Source: Raja brachyura (taxonomy: Eukaryota). From it: a DNA stretch of 64,000 nucleotides. Shown here one piece after another: positions 50,663 to 63,170 of this stretch (positions are counted from its first letter, which is position 1; each line of letters starts with the position of its first letter). The translations under genes were made by a program, and so were the position numbers. The notes beneath the pieces are model-generated. The model worked only from the letters and a program-made list of their open reading frames with translations. It was not told where the DNA came from and ran no database searches. Where the stretch lies: the NCBI GenBank assembly GCA_963514005.1, contig OY740820.1, positions 18,042,001 through 18,106,000 on the forward strand. Direction: 5' to 3'.

Positions 50663-50995
50663 ACATGTTCCCAATGTTGGGTGAGTCCAGAACCAGGGGC
50701 CACAGTCTTAGAATAAAGGGGAGGTCATTTAAGACTGAGGTGAGAAAAAACTCTTTTACCCAGAGAGTTGTGAATTTATGGAATTCCCTGCCACAGAGGG
50801 CAGTGGAGGCCAAATCACTGGATTGATTTAAGAGAGAGTTAGATAGAGCTCTAAGGGCTAGTGGAGTCAAGGGATATGGGGAGAAGGCAGGCACGGGTTA
50901 TTGATAGGGGACGATCAGCCATGATCACAATGAATGGTGGTGCTGGCTCGAAGGGCTGAATGGCCTCCTCCTGCACCTATTTTCTATGTTTCTAT
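50663..50995 (+). mobile_element. CR1 LINE 3' fragment with (TTTCTATG)n tail
   Basis: Close match to the reverse complement of 54391-54725. Confidence 0.9.
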
Positions 50996-53197
50996 TTAAG
51001 TGCACCCAGATATCAGATGGAGTTGTCGTTTTGGAATTAAACTTGGTTTAAGCTCAGGCGTGAAGACTGATGATTGGTGAAGTACTGGCCAGTGACTGGT
51101 GGCTGTACCAAAGAGGCTTTGTCTGAACGAGAATCACCAACTTCAAACGTGGAGGTGGGGGGAAGTGATGGAATGTAAATCAACCCTACCACATCAATTT
51201 ATGACTTCATCTTTGATTGGGATTGCCAGCAGGCTGTTATTTTAAACTGAATTATTTCTGTTATTAGTCAGAAACTAATTCAGGAAATGATTAGTTTCTA
51301 ACTGAGCTTGTCATGTTTTATGGATGGGTTCTCATACAATGCAAGGCGAATCACAATGCAATAATTACACCTGGCATCTGCAGTGTGAAAGTGAAGATTT
51401 TAATGACAAAAAATATAGATGAAAAGGGAACTGAAATATTACAACATCTTCCTTCACTCACAGCAAAAGACCAATATTCTGAGGGTTGCCTATAATGGAG
51501 ACTTACGGAATAGGTTTGCAAATATGGAAGTTGTCAGCCTTGGCCATTTCTCTACGAGTGCTCAACCTATGTAATAAGTCCCAATCCGTCACTCATCCCT
51601 TATTCAATCTGTAGGATTTAAGGGCTAAACTATTGTCTTTCAACCTTCATTCTTTTGTAGTCTTTTCAATCTTAAGTGATGGTCGTAGGCCTATCATTTG
51701 GATTTATATTTTTAATCGTTCCAGTAAGATGAGTGTAAATTTCAGTAATGTTCTTGTCTGGGAAATGTTTCTGCTGCTATATTTTATCCATAGAGATAAA
51801 AGCGAAGATCTGAGAGCAATGCTTACTCTAAAATTTAGTATGAGGTGCCATGCAGTTAAACTCATGGATTGATAATGAATGGGCAGTGCAGAAAAACAAT
51901 CATTGTCATATTAGATATTCCAGATGTTCTAGAAATCACTTACCTGCTTTTGTATATTATATGGTAGTTACAGAGAATACAAGGAATTTGAAGAGCAACA
52001 TCATTACTTTATCAACTGCTTTTCCCATTTGTTTACTATAAATCAATTGACTTCTGTAAATTGTAGTCCTTTGTGTTTTTTGTGCTGTATATTGCAGATT
52101 TTAGAATACTGTAGTTCATGGGTATAGCTAGAAATAAGATGTGCAGGTGTGTTTTACTAAGAATGCTGTAAATGACCTGAAGAAGGGTTTCGGCCCGAAA
52201 CTTTGCCCTTTTCGTTCGCTCCACATATGCTGCCGCACCCGCTGAGTTTCTCCAGCACTTTTGTCCACCTAATGCTATAAATGACCTGCGCTGCCTACAA
52301 GCGTTGTTCATTTGTAATTTTCTGCTGTTCTGTATCGTCAGCGTGTACATGCACATAAACATAACTGCAAGTTTCTCACATTTCCTGACAACATAGATGG
52401 AGTAACTCAGCGGGACAGGCAGCAACTTTGGAGAGAAGGAATGGGTGACGTTTTGGGTCGTGACCCTTCTTCAGACGTCACCCCTTCCTTCTCTCCAGGG
52501 ATGCTACCGCTGATTTACTCCAGCATTTTGTGTCTATCTTCGGTTTAAACCAGCATCTGCAGTTCCGTCCTACATATAGAAGGAGGCTATTTGCCCTGTC
52601 AAATCTATGCCAACACTCTGATTCCAGTCTGTACCATTACCCATCATATTTCCCTGTAATCAATTCTCCTGCTACCCACCAGCACATCCGTGGAAGGTGG
52701 GAGGAAGCTGAAGCAGTGGGGAGAATATGCAAACTCCAAGTGGAATACACTTGAGGTTAGAATTGATCCCTGGTCACTGAAGATATTTGCCAGCTGTTGA
52801 GTCACGATGCTGGAGCCTATCAGTAATCAGTCTCACAATCACAGGCCATTAGCTGAGAATGCTGGTTAAATTGTTTTGTTGAATGCAGTATGAACTATTT
52901 TTAAATTGAAGTTAAATAAAAATGTAACATAATCCTAAAACAACCTCTCGTGGCGCCTCTCGTGCAGATGAGCACTTCACAGATGAGTGACGGGTTACAA
53001 CGATGGTACCTCGGGCCACCGTGAAAATGAAGTTGCAAACCTATATTTTGAAGAAGGGGTTAAGAAAAGCGTCATGTGATGAAGCAAAATAGTTTATTCT
53101 GCATTGAAACAATAAATAATACATAACTATGCATTTTAGATTTGTTTAAGATTCTTCAGCCAATGTTTTAATGTTTTCTTCTGTTCTCTACATCCAG

Positions 53198-53263
53198 GGG
53201 TAAAGAGTATGAAAGCTCACTGGAAGCCAAAGCTCAGATCCCAGATTCTCCCTTCAAAGCAAA
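53198..53263 (+). CDS. SCAPER: SCAPER internal exon (GKEYESSLEAKAQIPDSPFKAK)
   Basis: Long pyrimidine tract + ccAG acceptor, AA|GTAAGT donor; 66 nt, phase 2-2; matches recalled KEYES....DSPYKAK. Confidence 0.92.
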
Positions 53264-54116
53264 GTAAGTGCCATTTAAATAGATAAGGCTCATTTAACAT
53301 GTAAACAGCAATTAAGCCGGTGTGTGTAATGGTGGCTAAGGTCTCCATCTGCAAGTTGAGGTTTGAGATTATGTGTGGGAAGGAACTGCAGATGCTTGTT
53401 TAAACCGAAGATAGACGCAAAATGCTGGAGTAAATGCTGGAGGCAGCATCTCTGGAGAGAAGGAATGGTGACGTTTCGGGTCCAGACCCATCTTCAGACT
53501 GAGAGTCGAGGGAAAGGGAAATGAGAGCTATAGACGGTGATGCGGAGAGATATAGAACAAATTAATTAAAGATATGCAAACAAGTTATGATGATCAAGGA
53601 AACAGCTGTTTAGATTATGTGTACTTAATATAAACAAATATCTGCAGAAATACACCACTATTTCCATCCAGCAGAAAATAACGGATAACTTTATTGAGCT
53701 GAGGACCTTACTTGGAAAAAGAAAGGGTTAAACGATTATATTGGAATGGCAAAATCTTTGAGAAAAGGGTTGAGAAGCAGGTGAAGGTCACTGGCAGAAT
53801 AAACCAAACTGCTGTATCATTTTTTAAGGAAGTTACTGGCCAATGATAATGGATAAGCATGAAACTGAAGACCTAAAGAGAAGGGTCTGTTTGTTATTAA
53901 CTATGTAGTTACCAGAAATCTGACTGCCACCTCTTATGGAAGTGCAATGTATCAACAGTATTGAGAATTTCTTGGAGGTTTGATGATTATAAAGAGGGAC
54001 GTATCCTTCTGCTTCTCCTGTATGCATCATCAATATAGATGCTGTAATGGAACACAACAATTGCACAGATTGATTTGTTTAAGAAAGAACTGCAGATGCT
54101 AGAAAAACTGCAGAGT

Positions 54117-54144
54117 CTGAAGAAGGGTCTCGACCCGAAACGTC
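54117..54144 (+). ncRNA. Minimal type I hammerhead ribozyme motif, consensus core, sense to SCAPER
   Basis: CUGAAGA-A-GGGU CUCG ACCC-GAAA-C-GUC with palindromic ACGU stem III; stem I pairing is weak. Confidence 0.65.
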
Positions 54145-54390
54145 ATCTATTCCTTCGTTCCATAGACGCTGCCTCACCCGCTGAGTTTCTCCAGCATTTT
54201 TGTCCAGCACAAATTGATTTAGTGTCTTAAGTTTGCTTCTTTGTTAGGAAAGCTTAATTTAGCCATGTAAAGAGGTACTGAGTCATAAAGAAGAAATCAG
54301 CTGGACAATAACATGCCCTGGAGTTAGTTGTGAATTAAGACCCAGTCTGTAGAAGGGTCTCAACCCGAAACGTCACCCATTTCTTCTCTC

Positions 54391-57222
54391 ATAGAAACAT
54401 AGAAACATAGAAAATAGGTGCAGGAGTAGGCCATTCGGCCCTTCGAGCCTGCACCACCATTCAATGTGATCATGGCTGATCATCCAACTCAGTATCCCGT
54501 ACCTGCCTTCTCTCCATACCCCCTGATCCCTTTAGCCACAAGTGCCACATCTAACGCCCTCTTAAATATAGCCAATGAACTGGCCTCAACTACCTTCTGT
54601 GGCAGAGAATTCCAGAGACTCACCACTCTCTGTGTAAAGAATGTTTTCCTCATTTCGGTCCTAAAGGAATTCCCCCTTATCCTTAGACTGTGACCCCTTG
54701 TTCTGGACTCCCCCAACATCGGGAACAATCTTCCAGCATCTAGCTTGTCCAACCCCTTAAGAATTTTGGAGGTTTCTATAAGATCCCCCCTCAATCTTCT
54801 AAATTCCATCGAGTACAAACCGAGTCTATCCAATCTTTCCTCATATGAAAGTCCTGACATCCCAGGAATCAGTCTGGTGAATCTTCTCTGTACCCCCTCT
54901 ATGGCAAGGATGTCTTTCCTCAGATTTGGAGACCAAAACTGTACGCAGTACTCCAGGTGTGGCCTCACCAAAACCCTGTACAACTGCAGTAGAACCTCCC
55001 TGCTCCTATACTCAAATCCTTTCGCTATGAATGCTAACATACCATTTGCTTTCTTCACTGCCTGCTGCACCTGCATGCCTACTTTCAATGACTTGTGTAC
55101 CATGACACCCAGGTCTCGTTGCATCTCCCCCTTACCTAATCTGCCACCATTCAGATAATAGTCTACCCTCATGTTTTTGCCACCAAAGTGGATAACCTCA
55201 CATTTATCCACATTGTACTGCATCTGCCATGCATCTGCCCATTCACTCAGCCTATCCAAATCACCCTGCAGCCTCCAAGCATCCTCCTCACACCTAACTA
55301 TACCCCCCAGCTTGGTATCATCTGCAAATTTGGAGATGTTGCATTGAATTCCCTCGTCCAAATCATTAATATATATTGTAAATAGCTGGGGTCCCAGCAC
55401 TGAGCCTTGCGGCACCCCACTAGTCACTGCCTGCCATTCTGAAAAGGACCCGTTTACTCCTACCCTTTGCCTCCTGTCTGCTAGCCAGTTCTCTATCCAC
55501 ATCAATACTGAACCCCCAATACCGTGTGCTTTAAGTTTGTATGCTAATCTCTTATGCGGGACCTTGTCGAAAGCCTTCTGAAAGTCTAGATATAACACAT
55601 CCACTGGTTCTCCCTTATCCACTCTACTAGTTACATCCTCGAAAAATTCTATCAGATTTGTCAGACATGATTTACCTTTCGTAAATCCATGCTGACTTTG
55701 TCCAATGATTTCACCACTTTCCAAATGCGCTGCTATCCCATCTTTAATAACTGACTCTAGCAGTTTCCCCACTACCGATGTTAGACTAACTGGTCTGTAA
55801 TTCCCCGCTTTCTCTCTCCCTCCTTTTTTAAAAAGTGGGGTTACATTAGCTACCCTCCAATCCTCAGGAACTACTCCAGAATCTAAGGAATTTTGAAAAA
55901 TTATCACTAATGCATCCACTATTTCTGTGGCTACCTCCTTGAGTACTCTGGGATGCAGACTATCTGGCCCTGGGGATTTATCGGCCTTCAATCCGTTCAA
56001 TTTACCCAACACCACCTCCCGGCTAACCTGGATTTCACTCAGTTCCTCCATCTTATTTGACCCCCGTTCCACTGCTATTTCCGGCAGATTATTTATGTCT
56101 TCCTTAGTGAAGACAGAACCAAAGTAGTTATTCAATTGGTCTGCCATGTCCTTGTTCCCCATGATCAATTCACCTGTTTCTGACTGCAAGGGACCAACAT
56201 TTGTTTTAACTAGTCTCTTTCTCTTTACATATCTATAAAAACTTTTGCAGTCAGTTTTTATGTTCCCTGCCAGTTTCCTTTCATAATCTATTTTCCCTTT
56301 CCTAATTAAGCCCTTTGTCCTCCTCTGCTGGATTCTGAATTTCTCCCAGTCCTCCGGTAGGCTGCTTTTTCTGGCAAATTTGTATGCCTCATCTTTTGTT
56401 TTTATACTATCCCTGATTTCCCTTGTTATCCATGGATGCACCACCTTCCCCGATTTATTCTTTTGCCAAACTGGTATGAACAACTTTTGTACTTCATCCA
56501 TGCAGTCTTTAAATACCTTCCATTGCACATCCACTGTCAACCCTTTAAAAATCACCTGCCAGTCTATCTTGGCCAATTCACATCTCATACCTTCAAAGTT
56601 ACCTTTGTTCAAGTTCAGAACCCTTGTTTCTGACTTAATTTTGTCACTCTCCATCCTAATGAAGAACTCAACCATATTATGGTCACTCTTGCCCAAGGGG
56701 CCACGCACAACAAGACTGCTAACTAACCCTTCCTCATTACTCAATACCCAGTCTAGAATAGCCTGCTCTCTCGTTGGTTCCTCCACATGTTGGTTGAGAA
56801 AACTATCCCGCATACATTCCAGGAAATCCTCTTCCTCAGCACCCCTGCCAATTTGATTCACCCAATCTACATGCAGATTGAAGTCACCCATTATAACCGT
56901 GTTACCCTTGTTGCACGCATTTCTAATTTCCTGTTTGATGCCATCCCCAACTCCAATACTACTGTTAGGTGGCCTGTACACAGTTCCCACTAGCGTTTTC
57001 TGCCCCTTAGAGTTTCGCAGCTCTACCCATATCGATTCCACATCCTCCACGCTAATGTCCTTCCTTTCTATTGCATTAATCTCCTCTCTCACCAGCAACG
57101 CGACCCCACCTCCTTTTCCTTTTCGTCTATCCCTCCTGAATATTGAATATCCCTGGATGTTCAGCTCCCAGCCTTGGTCATCCTGGAGCCAAGTCTCCGT
57201 GATTCCAACTATAGCATAGTCA
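54391..57222 (-). mobile_element. Young 5'-truncated CR1 (HER1-like) LINE
   Basis: (TTTCTATG)n tail at 54391-54413; TSD TTCTCTC at 54384-54390 and 57223-57229; inserted into a Penelope-derived short element. Confidence 0.95.
54489..57221 (-). CDS. CR1 ORF2 (APE endonuclease + reverse transcriptase), open for 910 codons, N-terminus missing
   Basis: Frame extends upstream of the track ORF through GITETWL...RRDRRKGKGGGVALLV; GDFN, SDHN, YLDFQKAFD, SGVPQGSVLGP and FADD motifs intact. Confidence 0.92.
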   Translation of the reverse strand, partial: DYAIVGITETWLQDDQGWELNIQGYSIFRRDRRKGKGGGVALLVREEINAIERKDISVEDVESIWVELRNSKGQKTLVGTVYRPPNSSIGVGDGIKQEIRNACNKGNTVIMGDFNLHVDWVNQIGRGAEEEDFLECMRDSFLNQHVEEPTREQAILDWVLSNEEGLVSSLVVRGPLGKSDHNMVEFFIRMESDKIKSETRVLNLNKGNFEGMRCELAKIDWQVIFKGLTVDVQWKVFKDCMDEVQKLFIPVWQKNKSGKVVHPWITREIRDSIKTKDEAYKFARKSSLPEDWEKFRIQQRRTKGLIRKGKIDYERKLAGNIKTDCKSFYRYVKRKRLVKTNVGPLQSETGELIMGNKDMADQLNNYFGSVFTKEDINNLPEIAVERGSNKMEELSEIQVSREVVLGKLNGLKADKSPGPDSLHPRVLKEVATEIVDALVIIFQNSLDSGVVPEDWRVANVTPLFKKGGREKAGNYRPVSLTSVVGKLLESVIKDGIAAHLESGEIIGQSQHGFTKGKSCLTNLIEFFEDVTSRVDKGEPVDVLYLDFQKAFDKVPHKRLAYKLKAHGIGGSVLMWIENWLADRRQRVGVNGSFSEWQAVTSGVPQGSVLGPQLFTIYINDLDEGIQCNISKFADDTKLGGIVRCEEDAWRLQGDLDRLSEWADAWQMQYNVDKCEVIHFGGKNMRVDYYLNGGRLGKGEMQRDLGVMVHKSLKVGMQVQQAVKKANGMLAFIAKGFEYRSREVLLQLYRVLVRPHLEYCVQFWSPNLRKDILAIEGVQRRFTRLIPGMSGLSYEERLDRLGLYSMEFRRLRGDLIETSKILKGLDKLDAGRLFPMLGESRTRGHSLRIRGNSFRTEMRKTFFTQRVVSLWNSLPQKVVEASSLAIFKRALDVALVAKGIRGYGEKAGTGY

Positions 57223-58178
57223 TTCTCTCCAGAGATGCTGCCGGTTCCCCTGAGTTACTACAGGATTTTGTGTCTATCTTTGATGTAAACCAGCATCTGC
57301 ATTTCCTTCCTACACACAGGGATAAGAAGTGATAGCAACTGGGGGCCCCGCTTCTGATCACTGTTAAATGGCCTTTGCTGAGAATTAAATCTGTGTAGCA
57401 GTCTTAGGATGCGGGCAGATTTTGCAAGATTGTGATGCTTCCCATGCAGTGTCGTCGGAACACCGACTGAATACTCACACGGCCACTTGAATGAAGGGCT
57501 GCTGGTGACTGCAAAGTGAGGGCAAGGAACGGGTTAGTGTTGGAAGCCACGGTGATCTCTGTATTTGTGTCTGTGCAATTGGTAGATGTAAAATTGATAG
57601 GCAAATAATTAGAACTAAGCAATCTGACTTTAAAGGCAATTAAACTTCTTTACCCAAGTTTATCAAAACAATTAAACATTCGTAAAAATTAAAGCCAATT
57701 TTGCATCCTTTCTGAAACTTGTCATTATGGCCTTGTCTGTAGAAACTGTGTTAGAGGAGTTCAGCACTGTGAGGAAGTCCAATTAAAATGAGAGAGATTC
57801 ATTTTATCCATTTCGACTGAATTCACCTTAATTCCACACTCTCAAACTGTCAGGGTTTGCAGCTGCATTTTCCAATTATGTTATCGAAGCATGATACCTT
57901 AATGAGGTAGATGTGGAATTAAAAATCAACGGAATTGCAGTTTGTTGTTTTTACTTTTCCTTCATAGTGAGGCTCAGCAATTGTGGAATTTATTTATGGC
58001 AAGTTGTTACTTGTGGGCAGAGCACCGAGGCAAATTCCTTGTATGTGAATACTTGGCCAATAAACGTACTTATTTATTTACAGTAAGCTGAGTGATCGTA
58101 AAGACGTTCCCATAGTTGCATTGTGTTGAAGCATAGTCAGAATTTCAAGCATGAAATTTTCATCCCATCCAATGTGTC

Positions 58179-58681
58179 CAGAAGGAGTACAGAGAAGGTT
58201 CACCAGACTGATTCCTGGGATGGCAGGACTTCCATATGAAGAAAGACTGGATAGACTCGGCTTGTACTCGCTGGAATTTAGAAGATTGAGGGTGGATCTT
58301 ATAGAGACTTACAAAATTCTTAAGGGGTTGGACAGGCTAGATGCAGGAAGATTGTTCCCGATGTTGGGGAACTCCAGAACAAGGGGTCACAGTTTAAGGA
58401 TAAGGGGGAAGTCTTTTAGGACCGAGATGAGAAAATCATTTTTCACACAGAGTGTGGTGAATCTGTGGAATTCTCTGCCACAGAAGGTAGTTGAGGCCAG
58501 TTCATTGGCTATATTTAAGAGGGAGTTAGATGTGGCCCTTGTGGCTAAAGGGATCAGAGGGTATGGAGAGAAGGCAGGTATGGGATACTGAGTTGGATGA
58601 TCAGCCATGATCATATTGAATGGCGGTGCAGGCTCGAAGGGCCGAATGGCCTACTCCTGCACCTATTTTCTATGTTTCTAT
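58179..58681 (+). mobile_element. CR1 LINE 3' fragment, same subfamily as 54391-57222
   Basis: EGVQRRFTRLIPGM...GYGEKAGMGY; near-identical 3'UTR and tail. Confidence 0.95.
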
Positions 58682-61600
58682 AAATAGAATCCTATAAGAC
58701 ACACAGCGAAGATTGCAAAGAAAAATGTACTTTCCATTTATAACTAACCTTCCTTACTTGTGTTAACTATTTTTCTGTTGCAGAAGAGTGTTGAGGAATT
58801 TGAAGGTTTTTATCATCCTTTCTGTTTATTACCACATGCAGTAAAGAGTTGATCAGAGATCAGAATTCCACCCTGTGGGTTTGCAATTTGGATAGATAAA
58901 TTGGCTGCCTTAAGTTTCATGGTCCCAAAATGCATATGCTTCAAGCATTTTCTCATTCTATATGAGATTTCCTGTTCTCAATTTTAATCCCTTTTCTGGC
59001 ACTGTCACTTTTGAAAGTTTCGCCTAGCAGTGTGAGACCTGCCTGTGCCAGCAGTTATAGCTTAACTGGTTAGGAACTCGGATTGTCATCTGCCCAGGTA
59101 AGTTCAAAAAGTAAGACTAGTATTAAAAACAAGAAAGACTAGTATTTATATATTTTCATGGACTATACTGGCATTCTGCTCAGATTTTCTTGTGTGTACA
59201 TTATGAAATGTTTCCTGGAGCTCTGTGTATCTACCATTTATGCTAATATGTCTCTCTACACTTTGCCGATGATTTAAATGAGGAAAAATTAAATTAAATA
59301 CTGTACTCTGAAGTAACTTTTCCTTCGCAAATCTATTTTCATACTCCTTTGATCAACTGATAGTTATTCAAGTACTCAGTCACCGCATAGCTGTTCAAAG
59401 ACTCAAAGCTAATTCCTCACAATTAAAGTCATAGAATTATGCTAATTGTTCCACAGGAGGTGGGTTGGGAATTTATTAATCAAAACCTATAATATCACTA
59501 GCTTTATACAATTTATTGTCTCAATTGTCAATGTGAAACTAGCCTGAGATATTCACTGTAAAATTCTATCAACTTAATCCCAGCGCATTTGATATTCTTC
59601 TTCCTGTTATAGGGATAGTAGTAGCTGTCATTTAAAATAAAAAGATTTGCATGAAAGCCTGAGGGGGAGCTCAAGATTATGATTATCATTTGCACAAGAG
59701 TACAAAGAGTTCTCTTTTCTCACTGTCTCAATCAAAAGTATACGTTTACAATGAAATACTGACAGGAGATATCATAATTCAGCTATTAAAATATGAGGGT
59801 CCTAATGGTGCCATAATGTGTGCTTCAATTGAATTACCACTACTAATTCAGAAATGGTATGATTCTGTGAATCATTTCATGGGATTTTTTTTTTGGCTAG
59901 AATCAGTGAAAACCTGCAATATTGAATGGCACTGTTGGCTGCTTTACCACTGCAGGTTTCCTCATAGTACAACGTGAATTTACAGAAATCTCTGCTTTAA
60001 GTGTCGAATAGGTCAGGAGGACACATTATGGTAAACAATGCTGAATACAAGATTCAACTGTCAGCTCCTTATGCCAGTAATATAGTGACCCTTCCATCCT
60101 ATGTGAATTGATTGGAGGGAGAAAAATAAGTTCGTGAAAAGTTTCTTTTTGAAGCCATAATATGAGAGGTTCCACTGGGACACTCAACACTCTGTCATTG
60201 GCTGGGGTCATAATAGGCATATAGTTTATGTACCCGAGAGCCCTTTTGACAGGTGAAAGCTTTGTTCAATGAAATGCTTCGAGCTGGGCTTTTGGCAGTA
60301 AGGTTTATTAAAACCAGTACCCTTGAAGTATGAAAAGCATACCACCCGTAGACTTCACACATCACAGAAAGTCCCAAAGCATTTCACACGCCATAAATTA
60401 CTCGAGAGTTTAGATTAGTTTGCCGTTCTGTCTTCTACGGAAGGCAAGCAGGGCTTCTAGTTGATGATTATTATGATCACGGAAGGAGGAATGTTTGCCG
60501 GGGAGTTGAAGAACATCATGGAAATCTTTAACAGTTGCCTGATCCATCATATATATCACCGTCCATATCTTTCATTCCCTTTCCCCTGACTCTCAGGTTG
60601 AGGAAGGGTCTCAATCCGAAATGTCGCCTATTCCTTTTCTCCAGAAATGCTGCCTGACCTGCTGAGTTACTCCAGCTTTTTGTGTCTATCTTCGGTTTAA
60701 ACCAGCATCTGCAGTTCCTTCCTACGCAAGATAGACAGTGCCTTTGTTTAGTATCTCATACATGGGACAATGCTATCAGAAATGCTACAGTAGTGTATCA
60801 TAATAGATAATATATTCAGCAACAAGCACTTGACTCGGTGCCAGCAATTAGGAAATGCAGATATTGTCATGAATTCTCGAAATGCAGGAAAATGCAAATA
60901 CATTTGGCATTGTGGTTGAATTAATATTTGATTGTGACACTCAAACAAAGGTGATGTGTAATCATTTTTGTGTTGAGTTTGAGGAATCATTAAGCCTCAT
61001 TGATAGTTTAATGAGCTTTAATTGATAGTAAAAAGGGGAAAATGTATGCCGAAGTCTATTAGTAAGGACTATTGAATTTCTATTCTCAGTAACGTTACTA
61101 TTCAGAAGTGTTGAGTGAAACCGCGCAGTTTCTGAAGGAAAAGTAAATGATTCTTGAAAATGATAAGGTCGCAAAAAAGAAATTGGAGCAAGAATCTGCA
61201 GGTGTTATTGATCCAAAGCACAAACAGAAAATGCTGGACTTACTAGGTAGGGTGGGCAGCGTCAGAGAAAGCTGATGATTTTGGTCAAAGATCCTTTGTT
61301 GCAAAAGAAGATTGGGCTTTTTTGCCTTCCACCACAGTGAGGAATGTGGGGAATCCGCTGTGGTGGATGTTTATATTAACTTTTATGTAGTTGTGTGTTG
61401 TTTTTTTTTGTATGGCTGTGTGGTAATTCATATTTCACTGTACCTTAATTGGTACAAAAGACCCTTGAAACCTTTATGACTCCATGAGATGACCTCGCTA
61501 TCTGGACATTCTGGTTACGAAAATTTGCCCTTGCAGAACTTACTGACCACTACCTAAATATTTTGAAATGCAGACTAAAATTTGTTCTCATGGAATTTAT

Positions 61601-61727
61601 GTGAAAATAGTAAATATGTCAATGCAACATTTAAAATTTGCAATTTTTTTTTCACTTGTGTAAATAACATCACAATCTGTCCATTGTGTAGGCACACAAC
61701 CCCCTGTAACTCTGTGGTGACCTGTAA

Positions 61728-62010
61728 GGAACATAGAAAAGTACTGCACAGGAATGGGCCCTTTGGCCCACATTGTTTGTGCCAAACATGATGCCTGGTG
61801 AAACCAATTTCACCTGCCTGTATATGTTCCATATCCCTCTATTCCCTGTGGCTATATAAAAGTCTCTTAAATGTCAGTATCATATCTGCCTCCACCCCCA
61901 CCCTGGTAATGCGTTCCAGGCACCCATCATTCTCTGACTGCTTACCCATCGATTCCTCTCCTAATATTATATGCTTCTATCAAGTCTCCCCTCAACCTCT
62001 GATGTTGCAA
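61728..62010 (-). mobile_element. Degenerate CR1 3' fragment
   Basis: ggaacatagaa..ggccctttggcccac..tccatatccctc..gcctccacc motifs. Confidence 0.65.
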
Positions 62011-63170
62011 TGGATTATCTCTTTTACATTCAGCAATACAACCAAAATGTGTAGTTTACATCATTGGGAGTAACTTTTAGTTAGCCTTAATATATGCAAA
62101 GTATTAGTCATAAATGGGTGCTGTTGTTCATTTCTTTCTTGGCAGAGAAGATTTCATAATTCTAGGAATGTAGCATCACATCTGCCGACTGCTCTTTGAT
62201 TGAACACTTTCTAACGTTGTAATAGTCTAAAAGAGTGCATTGCATTAGAATCTTGAAAGTTCATGCCAGCAGTCTCTCAGCCAAATGGCTCAGCCGTGAA
62301 GATCTAAATTAATAAGGCAATTCATAGAACTCAGGCCATTGTCCAAACATCTACTTATCGATCGCCCTACCCCTCCCTCCACAATCATCTGTATCCACCT
62401 ATCAACTCACTAGGCATTGTCTTGCCCCTCTCTACCAGGTTTCTGTCCCTGCCTGCCACAATCAGTCTGAAGAAGCGTTCCGATCTGCTGAGTTTCCTGA
62501 CCTGCTGAGTTACTCCAGCACTTTGTGTTTTTCTTTTTAAACCAGCATCTGTAGTGCCTTGTTTCTCCTAACCAAGTGTATGTCTGACTCCAAAGTATAT
62601 TGCCGTGAGCAGCCCATCTTGGGCAGTAGAACCAATTGCAAGACTCTGGTCACTATTTGATGGATGTTTCCATTGATTTGCTTAAACTGGCTCAGTGGAC
62701 TTAACCCCAAACTGAATAAATGATGAAGATCTAGCTCTGGGAAAAACTGCGACCATGCAGCCAACTCAGCTTCTCATATCCTTCTTTGGCTTCTGAGCTG
62801 GTCAAAGTTTTACGTAAACTGTGCGACTGACTACATCAAGAGTCAGCTGCCTCTTTGAGATGTTTTATGTTCTTGTAATTACACTTCATGTAGAAACTGC
62901 CGTTATTTTGCGGTTTCTGAAAATTAGGACAAGCACAACCCGTACAATTGAAATACAAAAAATGTGAAATATTAATTGGGGTCATAGTTAGATGAGAACT
63001 GATACATTGAAAGAAATTTGGAAGCAAAATAAATTTAGTTCATTAAAATATTATCCAAGATTTTGTTTTACTCATTTGGCGTTTGTAAAGCTATCATCAA
63101 AATGTTGTTTTGGTGCCGAAAGCCTATTATTAATTGTACATTGATTGCAAAAGATCTATTTATCGACCTT

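Noticed and set aside
54745-57219. Several plus-strand ORFs inside the CR1
   Set aside because: Antisense frames of the LINE ORF2.
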